Below are positions 47,795-58,152 of a DNA stretch of 64,000 nucleotides, piece by piece. How positions within the stretch are numbered: the stretch's first letter is position 1; each line of letters starts with the position of its first letter. The position numbers and the translations under genes were made by a program. The DNA is from a candidate division FCPU426 bacterium (GTDB lineage Bacteria > Oederibacteriota > PGYV01 > Palsa-1178), in contig CAWIXE010000002.1 of the NCBI GenBank assembly GCA_963840035.1, positions 832,001 through 896,000 of the forward strand, written 5' to 3'. The notes beneath the pieces were generated by a model, which was not told where the DNA came from, made no database searches, and worked only from the letters and a program-made list of their open reading frames with translations.

Positions 47795-49660
47795 TTAGTG
47801 CCATGAAGGGCTGTCCACATCGTACATGGTAGACGCGCTGCTTCGGTCCATATCCTCTGCGTTTGCGCAGTCTGCATCCATTATAAAGATCCCTTTATTC
47901 CTGCTTAAAGGTTTGAAGGCTATATGCTTGCCATCAGGCGACCACACAGCCTGCTTGCCTGATTGTTTACAGTACATTTGTTTTTCATCCGTGCCATCTG
48001 CGTTTATGGTATAGAACATTGTGTCCCTTGAAAAAAGTATTTTCCTGCCGTCAGGCGACCAGCACGGTGTTTCGTCCTTTTTATCCCCGGAGTATTTTGT
48101 AAGCTGAATTTCATTTTTGCCGTCAGCGTCCATGATAAAAATACTTGTGCGCCCGGCGCGCGTGCTTTGAAACACTATTTTTTTGCCGTCAGGCGACCAG
48201 GACGGGCTTTCGTTATGAAACTTATTGTCTGTCAGGGCCGCGAGCCCGGTTCCGTCAGGGTTAATCACGCATATGTCATTGTTGTTGCCGGCGCTGAAGC
48301 GTATAAAGACAATCTTCCGGCTGTCCGGGGACCATTTTGGCTGCAGTTTGGCCATTGGGCCGTCTGTAATCTGTTTTTTATCCGTGCCGTCCGGGTTCAT
48401 GACATATAGCTGGTCTGTCTGAGCGTCCTTTCCCGTACCGTAGTCAGCGTAGGTTATTTTAGCGCGGTCTTTTGAAAGGCACGGTTCCTTCGCGGTATTG
48501 CTGTCCGTTAACTTTTTCTGGTTTGTGCCGTCCGTGCCTGCTATGAACACATTGCTCCCGCCATCGCGGCCGGAAGCGTAAGCAATCAGCCCCTGCAATC
48601 CCCTGTCCGGTTTTTCCCATTTGACAGTCTTATCCGCTGAAGCGGAAATTACGCACGGTTCATAATTACTTTCATCAGAATAATCAATTATAGAAAACGG
48701 TTTATACACGGGGTTGAGCACATAGAGGCTGCGGCCTGATCCGTTGTCTTCGTACTTGATTGGAAATATCATGCTCTTCCCGCCATTTACCCATACAGCC
48801 GAACTTTCCGGGGTGTTATCCGGCAGCCCCATCCATGTTTCTTTGTTTTTTCCTTCAACATCCATGCAGCTTATGGATGACTGTCTTGTCATGCTGTCCC
48901 TTATATAAACGGAAAAATAGAATATTTTCCTGCCGTCAGGCGACCAAAACGGCCTTGTGTGAGGGCCTTCCTGATTTGTCAGCCGTTTCCTGTTTTTTCC
49001 GTCGGCGTCCATTATGTATATTTTGGTCCGGCCGTCGTTATTATATGCAACGCGCCTGCCGTCAGGCACGCTGTATTCGTCAAATTCCTCCTCGTCATCC
49101 CCGCCGCTATCCGCGTCCTGCGGTTTGTTTAATTCCGCCTTATCGCTTTCAAAGACGATTTTTTTGCCGTCCGGGGATACTGCCGGATTTAAGTCGTTAA
49201 ATTTTCCGCCGGTGAGTTTTTTAACATCTTTCCCATCCGCGCCGGAGGTGTATATCCCGAAGCGGCCGGATTCATTTGAGGCATATATTATCCTGCGCGA
49301 TGAGGGAAACCAGCCCGGCCCGTCTTTTATAAACTTATTGTCCGTTATTTTGCGCAGGTTATTTCCGGAGGAGTCCATGATATAGAGGTCGTCTTTTTCC
49401 ATGACGCGGTCAGAGTTTGTCAAAGGCCCTGCCGCGGCGAGGATATTATTCCCGTCCGGGGACGCGCTGATGCGGAAGAAAACTATTTCTTTATTGTCTG
49501 TAATCCTTTTTATCTCTTTTGTATTCATGTTCACAACATAAACCTGTCCGATTTCCTCCGTGCTGTCCGATATGAATGCCAGTTTCTGCGCGCTATCCGC
49601 CGCATACGCCGGAACAAATGTAACAAAAAAAAGCAACGCAAGTATTTTATAAATCCTCAT
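47795..49660 (-). CDS. TolB-like PD40 double beta-propeller protein
   Basis: Signal peptide. Many P.WSPDG.KI.F and IY.M.ADG...LT repeats. Confidence 0.9.
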   Translation of the reverse strand: MRIYKILALLFFVTFVPAYAADSAQKLAFISDSTEEIGQVYVVNMNTKEIKRITDNKEIVFFRISASPDGNNILAAAGPLTNSDRVMEKDDLYIMDSSGNNLRKITDNKFIKDGPGWFPSSRRIIYASNESGRFGIYTSGADGKDVKKLTGGKFNDLNPAVSPDGKKIVFESDKAELNKPQDADSGGDDEEEFDEYSVPDGRRVAYNNDGRTKIYIMDADGKNRKRLTNQEGPHTRPFWSPDGRKIFYFSVYIRDSMTRQSSISCMDVEGKNKETWMGLPDNTPESSAVWVNGGKSMIFPIKYEDNGSGRSLYVLNPVYKPFSIIDYSDESNYEPCVISASADKTVKWEKPDRGLQGLIAYASGRDGGSNVFIAGTDGTNQKKLTDSNTAKEPCLSKDRAKITYADYGTGKDAQTDQLYVMNPDGTDKKQITDGPMAKLQPKWSPDSRKIVFIRFSAGNNNDICVINPDGTGLAALTDNKFHNESPSWSPDGKKIVFQSTRAGRTSIFIMDADGKNEIQLTKYSGDKKDETPCWSPDGRKILFSRDTMFYTINADGTDEKQMYCKQSGKQAVWSPDGKHIAFKPLSRNKGIFIMDADCANAEDMDRSSASTMYDVDSPSWH

Positions 49661-49679
49661 TGATACACCTCAATTAATT

Positions 49680-51101
49680 TTACCATGACAAGCCGTCCAC
49701 CAGCCCATTATCCCCGCCAATCACGATACGTGACTTTCCGCCTTCCTCAACCGGCGCAATAAAGATGTAATCTGATGTATATGAAAGCCCGTACTTTTCA
49801 TCTTTAGACCAGAATATCGATCCATAACCCGACCACGCCTCGCACTTTAAAACCCTTATGCTGCCGTTTCCTGCGTCAACTATTCCGTAGCCGCCTTTGA
49901 CCAGGGTCAGCAGCCTGTTCCCGTCCTGCGACCAGGCAATACCGGACTTTCCGGCCCCGGCAAGAAGAGGCTTTTCATTGCCTGAATTTAAGTCCAGGAC
50001 CGTGAGCGTTCCGCTCCGGTAATATGCCAGTCTTGATGAATCCGGAGCCCAGCAAAGCGAGCCTATACTGTCGTTTTTGCCTAATTCTTTCACGGTCTTT
50101 GTCACGCCGTCGGCCGACCTTATGTAAAAGCAGCTGTGGTTGTAGTCGCTGTTGCTCCTTAGCCCCGTTATCGCAAAATATTTTCCGTCAGGCGACCACT
50201 TCATGTCATATATAGTTCCGTCCTTTTCATAATCATATCTGAATATTTTTATTACATCTTTGAAAAGCAGCTTTTCGCCGCGGCCGTCCGCGCCTGTCAC
50301 GTACATATCATTATTTCGTATAAAGGCAATTTGTTTTCTGTCAGCTGACCAGTTCGGATGGCCGACCTTGCGGTAAAACCTGTCGCCGGTTATGTATCTG
50401 ATATTTGTCCCGTCAGGCCTGATCACATAGGCCGCGCCGTCGACAGTGTAGAGTATGTCGTCAGGGAACATTTCAGTTTTTATCCCGGCAGCCGGCCACG
50501 ACTCTATCTTTTTATTGCTCATATAATGCGCTATATCGAAATCTTCAAGGTTTATAAGTCCAAAATTCTCAGGTTTCAGTTCTGTGTTCTCAGCTCCGGA
50601 AAAGTATGTCAGCTGCCATTTGTTATCGCGTTTGGAATAGCCGAATTTCGCGGCTATGCCCCATGGCTCGCCGTACCGGTCTTCGAATTTATGGAGTATG
50701 GTAAAAGACTTTGCCACAGCTTTAATGTTAAGAAAAGGGTCATTATCAGGCGCGCCGCATTCAGAGCAAAGCACGGCCCGTGTCGACCTGGAAGCCACAG
50801 TGAAACCTTTATCCGCGGCAATAATTATCAGCAGTTCGCGGAAGCGCCTGCCCTCTTTTTCTTTGGCTTTCATCAGTGCGTCATTGTCGTCAGCAGGGTC
50901 TTTGTATTGGATTATCACGGCATAGTCGTTTTGTTTGTCGCCGTTTAAATCCGCTGACGCGGACGCCAGAATGTCCGGGTTTTCAGGCAGAAGTTTTTTT
51001 ACGCCGTCAGGCAGGACCGCAAGGCTTCCGTAGTTGTAGGAAAAGCAAAATACCGGCAATAACATAACGCAAAGCAAAAATAATTTTGACCTGTTTTTCA
51101 T
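49680..51101 (-). CDS. Secreted protein: N-terminal DLNGD/CxxCG module plus TolB-like propeller
   Basis: N-terminal module homologous to that of 45953-47527. WSPDG, WAPDS and WSQDG repeats. Confidence 0.8.
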   Translation of the reverse strand: MKNRSKLFLLCVMLLPVFCFSYNYGSLAVLPDGVKKLLPENPDILASASADLNGDKQNDYAVIIQYKDPADDNDALMKAKEKEGRRFRELLIIIAADKGFTVASRSTRAVLCSECGAPDNDPFLNIKAVAKSFTILHKFEDRYGEPWGIAAKFGYSKRDNKWQLTYFSGAENTELKPENFGLINLEDFDIAHYMSNKKIESWPAAGIKTEMFPDDILYTVDGAAYVIRPDGTNIRYITGDRFYRKVGHPNWSADRKQIAFIRNNDMYVTGADGRGEKLLFKDVIKIFRYDYEKDGTIYDMKWSPDGKYFAITGLRSNSDYNHSCFYIRSADGVTKTVKELGKNDSIGSLCWAPDSSRLAYYRSGTLTVLDLNSGNEKPLLAGAGKSGIAWSQDGNRLLTLVKGGYGIVDAGNGSIRVLKCEAWSGYGSIFWSKDEKYGLSYTSDYIFIAPVEEGGKSRIVIGGDNGLVDGLSW

Positions 51102-51285
51102 CCCTGTCTCCCGTGGTTGTTTTTGACATCCGGTATATATTATAATAACCCAACTGGCATACCTATCTCAACCATTTTATTTGACGTGCGGGAGTTATTT
51201 TAGTTTACACACTTATAAATATCTCAATAAATGCCGGAATTCGATTATCCCGGCGTAAAAGCGCCCGGTTTGTATTGTCCGGCGG

Positions 51286-51702
51286 TTATAAAAGAGTAAG
51301 CTTTCCCTTGTTTTTTCTGATTTCATTATAATTATATATTACCGTCTTTGACTCTTCTATCCAGTTTCTGAGCGGTTTTTTGTCAATGTCGGAAATTGTT
51401 TTGTATTTGACTTCCGCGGCCATAAATGAGCCTTCGGGGGTTAATCCGGGGGTCTTAAAGCCCCTGCCTGACCAGAAAAGCAGCGTCACATGGTCTTTAT
51501 TTTTGGAAACAGAATATCCCACTGCCGGGTTATCCTCCACAAACCAGACCGGCATCTCATAGTAAATTTTTCCCGAGTTCTTCGGCATGATGCCGCTTAT
51601 GGTCTTTCTTAAGACTTCGCAAAGCGGCCCGAACTCTTTGCCCGCTTTTGCCGAATACTCCACCGCGTCATTGAACTTCGCCCGCGTATGCTGTTTTTTC
51701 AT
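51286..51702 (-). CDS. DUF1801 (YdhG-like) protein
   Basis: LR..I....P....KI.Y.MPVW......VGYS...V.LLFWSG..F. Confidence 0.8.
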   Translation of the reverse strand: MKKQHTRAKFNDAVEYSAKAGKEFGPLCEVLRKTISGIMPKNSGKIYYEMPVWFVEDNPAVGYSVSKNKDHVTLLFWSGRGFKTPGLTPEGSFMAAEVKYKTISDIDKKPLRNWIEESKTVIYNYNEIRKNKGKLTLL

Positions 51703-51766
51703 AAAACCTCCGTATTAATATTCATTTACAGGAAACCGATGAAACACTCAGCCCCGCGTCCAAATT

Positions 51767-51799
51767 AAAAACCCCGCCTTTTTATCCGGCAGGGTTTTT
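51767..51799 (-). terminator. Probable intrinsic terminator
   Basis: AAAAACCCCGCC ... GGCAGGGTTTTT hairpin downstream of the 51863 gene. Confidence 0.55.
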
Positions 51800-51862
51800 A
51801 TGTTTAAAGTATACTCTAAAAAATGATTTAATAGAAGCGTTATTACCGCCGGCGCAGCACGG

Positions 51863-52564
51863 CTATTTTAGGGTGTAATAAACCGTCAGCTTAGGCCTTA
51901 CGACCGTGTCCGCGGCCTCTGACGAATCCAGCGCGATTTTACCGTAGGATGTTGTGCCTTCATTCGTGCTTTTCAGTATGACGCCATAATTTGTCACCGA
52001 TTCTTTTATCCAGCCCTCGACCATGGCTTTATCAAGTGAGAGCGTTATCTCAGTACTGTTCATGTTTACGCTCACGGTATCGCTTGCAGCTGTTGCCGTG
52101 TAGCTCCCCTCCGCGCCTCCGCCAAGCCACGCGTAGGTGCCTACCGAATATGACCAGCATGCGCCGTCATCCCAGTATCTGTTCATCTTATAAGCCTTAA
52201 AGCCCGGGACAGTGCCGCTGTACGCGCCGTAATTAAAGGTCAGGTACGCGCCCAAGACAGTCACATTATCCGGGTCCACAGCGCTTAAGTCAAACTTGAT
52301 AAGCGGCCTGCCTGTATATGACGCGGTTGATGCCATTTCTATCTCGGCGGCGTTCTCATATAAAGTGGTTGGATTAACAGTGGAAAGCCAGGTGTCCATC
52401 ACGCCGGCATAACCGGCGTAAGGCTGTGTGCCCTGCTGAAATACCATTTTAATGACGCCAAGCGAAGGATCCCCCGATGGCCCCTGAGGACCTGTATCGC
52501 CTTTGCATGAAATCATAACGCAGGCGGCAACAACAAGCAGCACAAACAAAGTAATTTTTTTCAT
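51863..52564 (-). CDS. Lipoprotein with a short collagen-like segment and DNRLRE-like domain (paralog of 31341-32072)
   Basis: MISCKGDTGPQGPSG, FQQG, DTWL, RPLIKFDL, NYGVILK, RPKLTVYY. Confidence 0.75.
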   Translation of the reverse strand: MKKITLFVLLVVAACVMISCKGDTGPQGPSGDPSLGVIKMVFQQGTQPYAGYAGVMDTWLSTVNPTTLYENAAEIEMASTASYTGRPLIKFDLSAVDPDNVTVLGAYLTFNYGAYSGTVPGFKAYKMNRYWDDGACWSYSVGTYAWLGGGAEGSYTATAASDTVSVNMNSTEITLSLDKAMVEGWIKESVTNYGVILKSTNEGTTSYGKIALDSSEAADTVVRPKLTVYYTLK

Positions 52565-52685
52565 AGAACCTCCAGAAACGAAGTATTTTTTCCCCTTTAA
52601 ATCATGTTTATGAGATTATTATAAATAAATCTTATTGTCAATATTTATAAAAATCACATTATAGCCGAACACACTTTTGCCTTTC

Positions 52686-52799
52686 GAAGAGCCGCCGCTT
52701 GCCGCGGCTCAAGGCAGGCATGTAATTATTGTACCACTGGTTTGGGCTCAGCCCGAAATACCGGATCCAACCCTGAGCCGCAGCAAGCGGCGGCTCTAC
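52686..52799. repeat. Inverted pair of GTAG-type REP hairpins
   Basis: GAAGAGCCGCCGCTTGCCGCGGCTC ... GAGCCGCAGCAAGCGGCGGCTCTAC. Confidence 0.75.
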
Positions 52800-52818
52800 A
52801 ATTGCTTAAAATTTTTTG

Positions 52819-53505
52819 TTAAATCATGCCAAAATCAAATGTCGCTATAAGCCTTTTATCGTCCATGTTTTTTGCCGTGTTTAAAGGAGGGTAAAATTCG
52901 TGGACATCAAGATTTGTATCCGTATAACGGAGCTGCAGTCCGTAGCCGACCGGCTCATTGCCATCTTTACCGGCGGCGTAAACACCCGCGCACCAGTAAT
53001 AACCCAGTCCTGACGCGGTACGCACGCTGTAATTTTCAACGTTGCTTAAACCTGTTTCCGAAGATGTATTAAGGTATCCGCCGCCGCCCGCTGTAATAAT
53101 AATCCGGGTAGAAGGTACCTGATAATAGAATTTCAGCCCAAAAGGCATGGCCAGCGCCATACCTCCTTCGCTTGTCTGCGAGCCGGCCAGCCCGCTCCCC
53201 GAATAAATACCGGTTACAGTCACTTTTTTATCGCTTGCAATCCCCGTAAACCCGGCAAGACCGCATAACTCGACGCCAAGCCACGGTATAAATCTGTATG
53301 TGGCTGAAAAGTCCAGTTCAAATCCGCCTGTATTCCACACCGATGTTATATCGCCAAGGGTGGCCATATAACCAATACCCATGCGAAATCCGAATCCCGG
53401 ATTTACAATCATGTCCCCCACAGGCCCGCCGTCAGTTTCGGCGTGGATTGCCAAAGAAGAAAAGATAAACAGCGATAAAATAAAAACAAACAGTTTTTTA
53501 TTCAT
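52819..53505 (-). CDS. Outer-membrane beta-barrel-like protein
   Basis: Signal peptide, Gly/aromatic-rich alternating strands. Confidence 0.6.
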   Translation of the reverse strand: MNKKLFVFILSLFIFSSLAIHAETDGGPVGDMIVNPGFGFRMGIGYMATLGDITSVWNTGGFELDFSATYRFIPWLGVELCGLAGFTGIASDKKVTVTGIYSGSGLAGSQTSEGGMALAMPFGLKFYYQVPSTRIIITAGGGGYLNTSSETGLSNVENYSVRTASGLGYYWCAGVYAAGKDGNEPVGYGLQLRYTDTNLDVHEFYPPLNTAKNMDDKRLIATFDFGMI

Positions 53506-53693
53506 TTGTCCCCCTAATACTTAATTACACATGCAATTACATTATTATATCGATTATTCTTTGTCAACGCTTAAATGTTACGGCTATCTTTAAGCGTGGA
53601 CCCCCGCATATATTAAAATATCCTAAGCCAAAAACATCCGCACCCAAAGCCCTTCTATAATAAAAGCAACCCACACCCTTCTCCTGTCTACTA

Positions 53694-55499
53694 TCACCTT
53701 TCTGAATCTTTTGAAGTTGCCTTCAAAGTAAACTTCACTGCCAGGCCGCCTTTTTCCGACCGTTGAGCCCACATTTTACCGCCGTGTATCTCCGCTATTT
53801 TTCTGCATATGGCCAGCCCCATTCCGTTTCCGGGGTAGTTTTCCCTGTCAAGCAGCCTTTCAAAGACGCCAAATATGGTTTCCAGATAAGTTTCTGCGAC
53901 CCCGGCACCGTCATCCTCAAAAGTAAACTCAACTTCCTGGCCGCGGGATACCGCGGAGACCCATATATTAACCGGGATCCTGCCTGAGAACATTATGGAA
54001 TTGTCAATGAGCCTTCTGAAGATGTCGTTTAATAGCACCTGCGGGCAGTATACCTGCGGCAAATCCGTGGAGACGATAACAGCTTTGTTTTCCAGGCCGC
54101 GCGACTCTTCCTTAAGCGCCGCGGACGGGTTTCCCGGCAGATTCTCACCGGAGAGATAATCAACGTTAATATATTCCCTCATATCCCTTATGAGAAGGTG
54201 CAGCCTTTTCGCGTAATTCACGGCTGTCTCAATATCGGAGTTTGACTCCTTATCCAGCTGGTCCTTTTTACGCAGCAGCACGCGCTGCAGCACGTTTACT
54301 ATGCCCAGCACCGGCTCCATTAAATCGTGGTGCGAAGCCTTGTTAAACTCGGTGGCTGTCCTGGCTTTTTGTGTGAGTTTGATATTGGCGTTGTCGAGTT
54401 CCATGGTCCGTTCCTTTACCATGGCTTCCAGCGTATCCCTGTATTTTTTAAGCTCGTTTTGCGTGATACTCAGCTCGGTAATGTCGGTTAACACAGCCAC
54501 CGCGCCGGCCTGTATATTGCTGCGTTTTAGAAGTGCCACAGCCACGTGGCAGTACATCCATTCGCCCGCGGCCTTAACCTTCATCTGCGCGGACGCGGTA
54601 TTTTCTTTTTTAGCCTTTTCCATGATGGAGTCATACGCGGCTTTTCCGCCTTCAAGTATGGAGCTGAATTCCATCATTTCAACCTGGCTTTCATTTAACC
54701 CCATCTTTAAAACAAACGACCTGTTCGCCTTTGCTATCTTTCCTGCGGGCTCGACTAAGAGCATCATTTCCGAAGAGGTGTTAAATACGGCTGAAGCGGC
54801 AAATGCGGGGGTTAGTTCGATAAAGCCATAGAGGCGGATGGCGGCTGCCATGCCGAGCGTCACGATAAGTATGATTACGTTTGTGGGGATGTTGACATCT
54901 TTAAATGGCCCTATCAGCTTTGAGGCGTAAACTAAAAATACGGAAATTGCCGCGGTTGTGAGTATTATTATGCCCTGCCTGCGCTTTAACCCCGGAGCTT
55001 CGTGGTATGTCTGTGAAGCAAGTATGAAAACAGTGCCGATTACCAGGAAGTCATCCAGCCGCGAATAAATAAAGCCGTCAAGGCCTGAGACCACGATCTT
55101 CCACTCCTGCCCCGCCCTTACAAGGTGCTGTATCATCCCCGACCATGTCAGGGCTGTAAAGACGGCCGCGTATAGGGCCATGACCAGGTAAAGATAAGGG
55201 CTGTTGGAGAGTTTGTTTTTTTCATTAAAGCCAAGGCAGAGCAAAAATGCCAGGGCTGAATTGGATATCATGAGGGGTATGGTTATAAAGAAACCGACCC
55301 CGGCCAGCTGAGCGTCCGCACAGGTATTAAAAAAAACAGCCCGGTTAAAACTGATGATGCCAAAGGCCACAAGAAACAAAAACAGCAGCATCCGGAGCCG
55401 CATGTTCATGACGCCGCCGGAAAAAACCGCAACGGCGAAAATCATGTAGAAAAGAAAACAGGTGAAATGAATTATTGTAATTGCGTCGATGCAAATCAT
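53694..55499 (-). CDS. 7TM-PAS sensor histidine kinase
   Basis: 7 N-terminal TMs, PAS-like region, LEAMVKERT.EL linker, H box SHHDLMEP, N box LIDNS, DDGAG, GNGMGLAIC..I.E.HGG. Start moved to ATG 55499. Confidence 0.88.
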   Translation of the reverse strand: MICIDAITIIHFTCFLFYMIFAVAVFSGGVMNMRLRMLLFLFLVAFGIISFNRAVFFNTCADAQLAGVGFFITIPLMISNSALAFLLCLGFNEKNKLSNSPYLYLVMALYAAVFTALTWSGMIQHLVRAGQEWKIVVSGLDGFIYSRLDDFLVIGTVFILASQTYHEAPGLKRRQGIIILTTAAISVFLVYASKLIGPFKDVNIPTNVIILIVTLGMAAAIRLYGFIELTPAFAASAVFNTSSEMMLLVEPAGKIAKANRSFVLKMGLNESQVEMMEFSSILEGGKAAYDSIMEKAKKENTASAQMKVKAAGEWMYCHVAVALLKRSNIQAGAVAVLTDITELSITQNELKKYRDTLEAMVKERTMELDNANIKLTQKARTATEFNKASHHDLMEPVLGIVNVLQRVLLRKKDQLDKESNSDIETAVNYAKRLHLLIRDMREYINVDYLSGENLPGNPSAALKEESRGLENKAVIVSTDLPQVYCPQVLLNDIFRRLIDNSIMFSGRIPVNIWVSAVSRGQEVEFTFEDDGAGVAETYLETIFGVFERLLDRENYPGNGMGLAICRKIAEIHGGKMWAQRSEKGGLAVKFTLKATSKDSER

Positions 55500-55587
55500 G
55501 ATATCTCCATGCGCCTTAAGGCGTTTATAAGATAATAATACATCAGATACGGGTTTCGTGCAAGGGTGTCTGTTTTGTAGCGGCCGC

Positions 55588-55642
55588 ATATCCTTCGATA
55601 TACTAAGGCTTCATTAATAATGATTCCCGAGCCTGCCGAAGG
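55588..55642. repeat. CCTTCGA...GCCGAAGG palindromic repeat, copy 1
   Basis: ATATCCTTCGATATACTAAGGCTTCATT...ATTCCCGAGCCTGCCGAAGG. Similar copy at 59722. Confidence 0.6.
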
Positions 55643-55671
55643 AACATGTGTCCGGCCGATTATGCCCCGGA

Positions 55672-56031
55672 CTACTGTGCGGCGCCAAATCTTGACATGG
55701 CTTCCCTGAGGGTTGGAAAAGATACTATTATATGATGTAATTCAAGGAGTTCAAATACTTCCTTTACGCGGTCGTTCATGCCGCATAAATAAATATCGCC
55801 TTTTTTAATGCGGGCAGACTTTACATTTGATATAAATACCGACCAGCCCGCGCTGCTTATGTATTCGGTTTTACTGAGCTCAACCACTATTTTAGACCTG
55901 TTTTCGACAAGGAGCCCGGTTATCGCCGCCATCAGGTCATCATGGGTGGTTGAATCGAGCCTTCCCTGGACGCTTACAAGGGATATGTCATCGCTGTTTT
56001 TAATGTTGTATTCCATATCCATGATATTCAC
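55672..56031 (-). CDS. STAS domain anti-sigma factor antagonist
   Basis: GRLD, YISSAG (phospho-Ser motif), V.EVFEL. Confidence 0.9.
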   Translation of the reverse strand: MNIMDMEYNIKNSDDISLVSVQGRLDSTTHDDLMAAITGLLVENRSKIVVELSKTEYISSAGWSVFISNVKSARIKKGDIYLCGMNDRVKEVFELLELHHIIVSFPTLREAMSRFGAAQ

Positions 56032-56107
56032 CCCGTTTACATCTTATAACAATTATAGTCATGGAACCCGTATAAGTCAATTTTTGTCCGGCTATGATTT
56101 ATTATAA

Positions 56108-56135
56108 TATTGCCCGGGCGAAAGCCCGGGCAATA
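56108..56135. terminator. Perfect GAAA-tetraloop hairpin (terminator or REP-like)
   Basis: TATTGCCCGGGC-GAAA-GCCCGGGCAATA downstream of the 56174 gene. Confidence 0.5.
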
Positions 56136-56173
56136 GACATTGATCAGTTTTCAATTTTCGATTTTCGGGTATT

Positions 56174-56884
56174 TCAGTCCTCCCGCCACAGCGTTACATC
56201 GCGCATCTGCTTTTTTACGGCCTTCCACTCCGGCAAATACCTGCCCAGCAGCGCCTTAAAAACCTTCCCGTGGCCGCGTTCTTTTAAATGCAGTATCTCG
56301 TGCAGCACCACATAATCCAGCCATTCTTCCGGCCATTTTACCAGTTCCAGGTTCAGCCATATCCTCGCGGCCCGCGTATTGCAGGTGCCCCAGCGCGTTT
56401 TCATTGATTTAATTCCCCAGCTGTTTACCTTAAGCCCTGTAATGTTTTGCCATTTCAGGATGTATTCCGGGGTCCTGTCCTTCATGACTTTCCTGTACCA
56501 TTTATCCATTGCGTCCGCTTTCTTCTTCCTGCTGATGCCTTTGCGGGCTTTAAACTCCAGGACCCCGTCATTACGCAGATAAACGCCTCCTGAACCGGAT
56601 GAGTCAATCACCTGAAGAGGATATTTTTTGCCGAAGAGAGGGTGGGTTTCGCCGTTTACGTACTGCTTTTTGACCGGCGGTTTTTGCCCGGCGTATTTTG
56701 CCAGGTGTTTTTTTATCCAGGATATTTTTGACGCAACAAACCCGCGTATTTTTTCTTCGGACATAAGCCATGGCGCCGTAACGCGGACACCCGTCCCCGG
56801 GGACACGACAAGCCGCATGTTCTTAACCGGCTTATTTGTTACCTTAATTATCACGCCCGCCACTTCTATTTCATACACACTCAA
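56174..56884 (-). CDS. YgjP/SprT-like (DUF45) zinc metalloprotein
   Basis: MKTRWGTCN, IWLNLEL, YVVLHEILHLKE..H...F...L..Y.P.W. Confidence 0.9.
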   Translation of the reverse strand: MSVYEIEVAGVIIKVTNKPVKNMRLVVSPGTGVRVTAPWLMSEEKIRGFVASKISWIKKHLAKYAGQKPPVKKQYVNGETHPLFGKKYPLQVIDSSGSGGVYLRNDGVLEFKARKGISRKKKADAMDKWYRKVMKDRTPEYILKWQNITGLKVNSWGIKSMKTRWGTCNTRAARIWLNLELVKWPEEWLDYVVLHEILHLKERGHGKVFKALLGRYLPEWKAVKKQMRDVTLWRED

Positions 56885-57017
56885 CGCTCCTGTGCGTCCG
56901 GAAATTACCGCCTGTAATTAATTCATACACGATCCTCGGAGGCCGCGATCCTGACGCGTATATGATTATATCAAATATCAGGGCGCATTCGCCAGGAATT
57001 ATAATAAGGCACGGCGG

Positions 57018-57452
57018 CTATTTATTTTTTCCGCCCTTTTGCCAGCGGGCCGGCTTTTCCCCGGTAAAATATTCCCTGATTTTCGCCACTATCTGCGCGT
57101 CCGTCATCTTATCTTTTGCCTCGACTGACTCCACTTTCATCCTGAATTTTTCTTTATTCATGGCTTTTATCAGTTCGCCCTTAGCCGGGCCGGGCCCCAT
57201 GATAAAGACGGACTGCGCGGCGTCCAATGATTCCATTATATTTTTATAAAAATTCTCCAGGTGCATTTCATAATCCCTTTTTTGTTTGTCATCGGCTCCT
57301 GCCATATGGGTTTCGTTTGGCGCTTTTATCCTCCCCCGTATTAGCGTATTTTCCGCGTCAGAAAGCACAACCATCACATTTTCCACATTGTCGGTGCGCA
57401 TTACGATAAAAGCCCTCCTGTGGTCAATCCATAAACCAGCGTTTTTTTTCAT
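57018..57452 (-). CDS. eRF1-domain-2-like / host-attachment-like protein
   Basis: GLWIDHRRA.IV, I.GPG.AK.EL, DKMTD.QI.AK.R..F. Start ATG 57452. Confidence 0.7.
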   Translation of the reverse strand: MKKNAGLWIDHRRAFIVMRTDNVENVMVVLSDAENTLIRGRIKAPNETHMAGADDKQKRDYEMHLENFYKNIMESLDAAQSVFIMGPGPAKGELIKAMNKEKFRMKVESVEAKDKMTDAQIVAKIREYFTGEKPARWQKGGKNK

Positions 57453-57947
57453 GCTCCCCCGCCTTTTCGGACATAAAACGCGCAAATAAAAAACGCGGTT
57501 TAATCCGTTATTTTTGGGCTTTGAGAAAGACTGTGCCCTGAAAGTATCCCTACTAAATAGATACTATGTAATTTTGAAATAATCAAGTTTTTAGGGTGTT
57601 TTTTTTAATGAAACTGCCTTATCCCGAGTAATCGCGGCTGCCTGTTTGCCTGTATTGAATTATTTTATGCCGTTATTTCTCCAGCAGAGCCGAGAGCGTC
57701 TCAAAGTCTTTTATCATTTCCTTAGTCGTTGGAGGGTTTGACGGCTCTGATATGGAGACATTGCCGGATCCTCCGCTTGTATAAAAGATAAAGGCAAGTT
57801 TTCCGTTGTAGTTGTCTATCCTGTCGGATATTTCCGTTAAAACTCTTTTCTTTTCCCCGTCAGCCCCGGCCCTTATATTATACTGGAAAACAAATTATTT
57901 TATCAAGAGGATATTCAAAGGAAAAAAGAAGTTATGAATCCAACCCT

Positions 57948-58100
57948 GCGGGCCGCCACATAGGGCGGCCCCTACAGGGACGGTTTTGGTGTATGTTTTA
58001 ATTTTTTAAATTTCTGTAGGGGCGACCCCATGTGGTCGCCCGCCACGTTGGTTCTGTTTTAGATCCTGCCCTGCGGCCCGATACGCAGGTCGACACTACA
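57948..58100. repeat. Cluster of three GTAG-type REP hairpins
   Basis: GGGCCGCCACATAGGGCGGCCCCTAC; GTAGGGGCGACCCCATGTGGTCGCCC; degenerate third copy ending CACTAC. Confidence 0.75.
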
Positions 58101-58152
58101 AGATCCGTAATTGTCTGCCACCCACTACGCACTACCCACTACCCACAACTCA

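Noticed and set aside
47635..47877. 80-aa ORF over the palindromic element
   Set aside because: It is an incidental translation of the repeat, overlapping the end of the TolB-like gene in another frame.
55500..55589. Track start of the histidine kinase at 55589
   Set aside because: It overlaps a repeat and the presumed promoter region. ATG 55499 has an RBS.
57485..57570. Possible riboswitch upstream of the 57018 gene
   Set aside because: Short stems are present, but I could not match a known aptamer consensus. An Rfam/Infernal scan would be needed.
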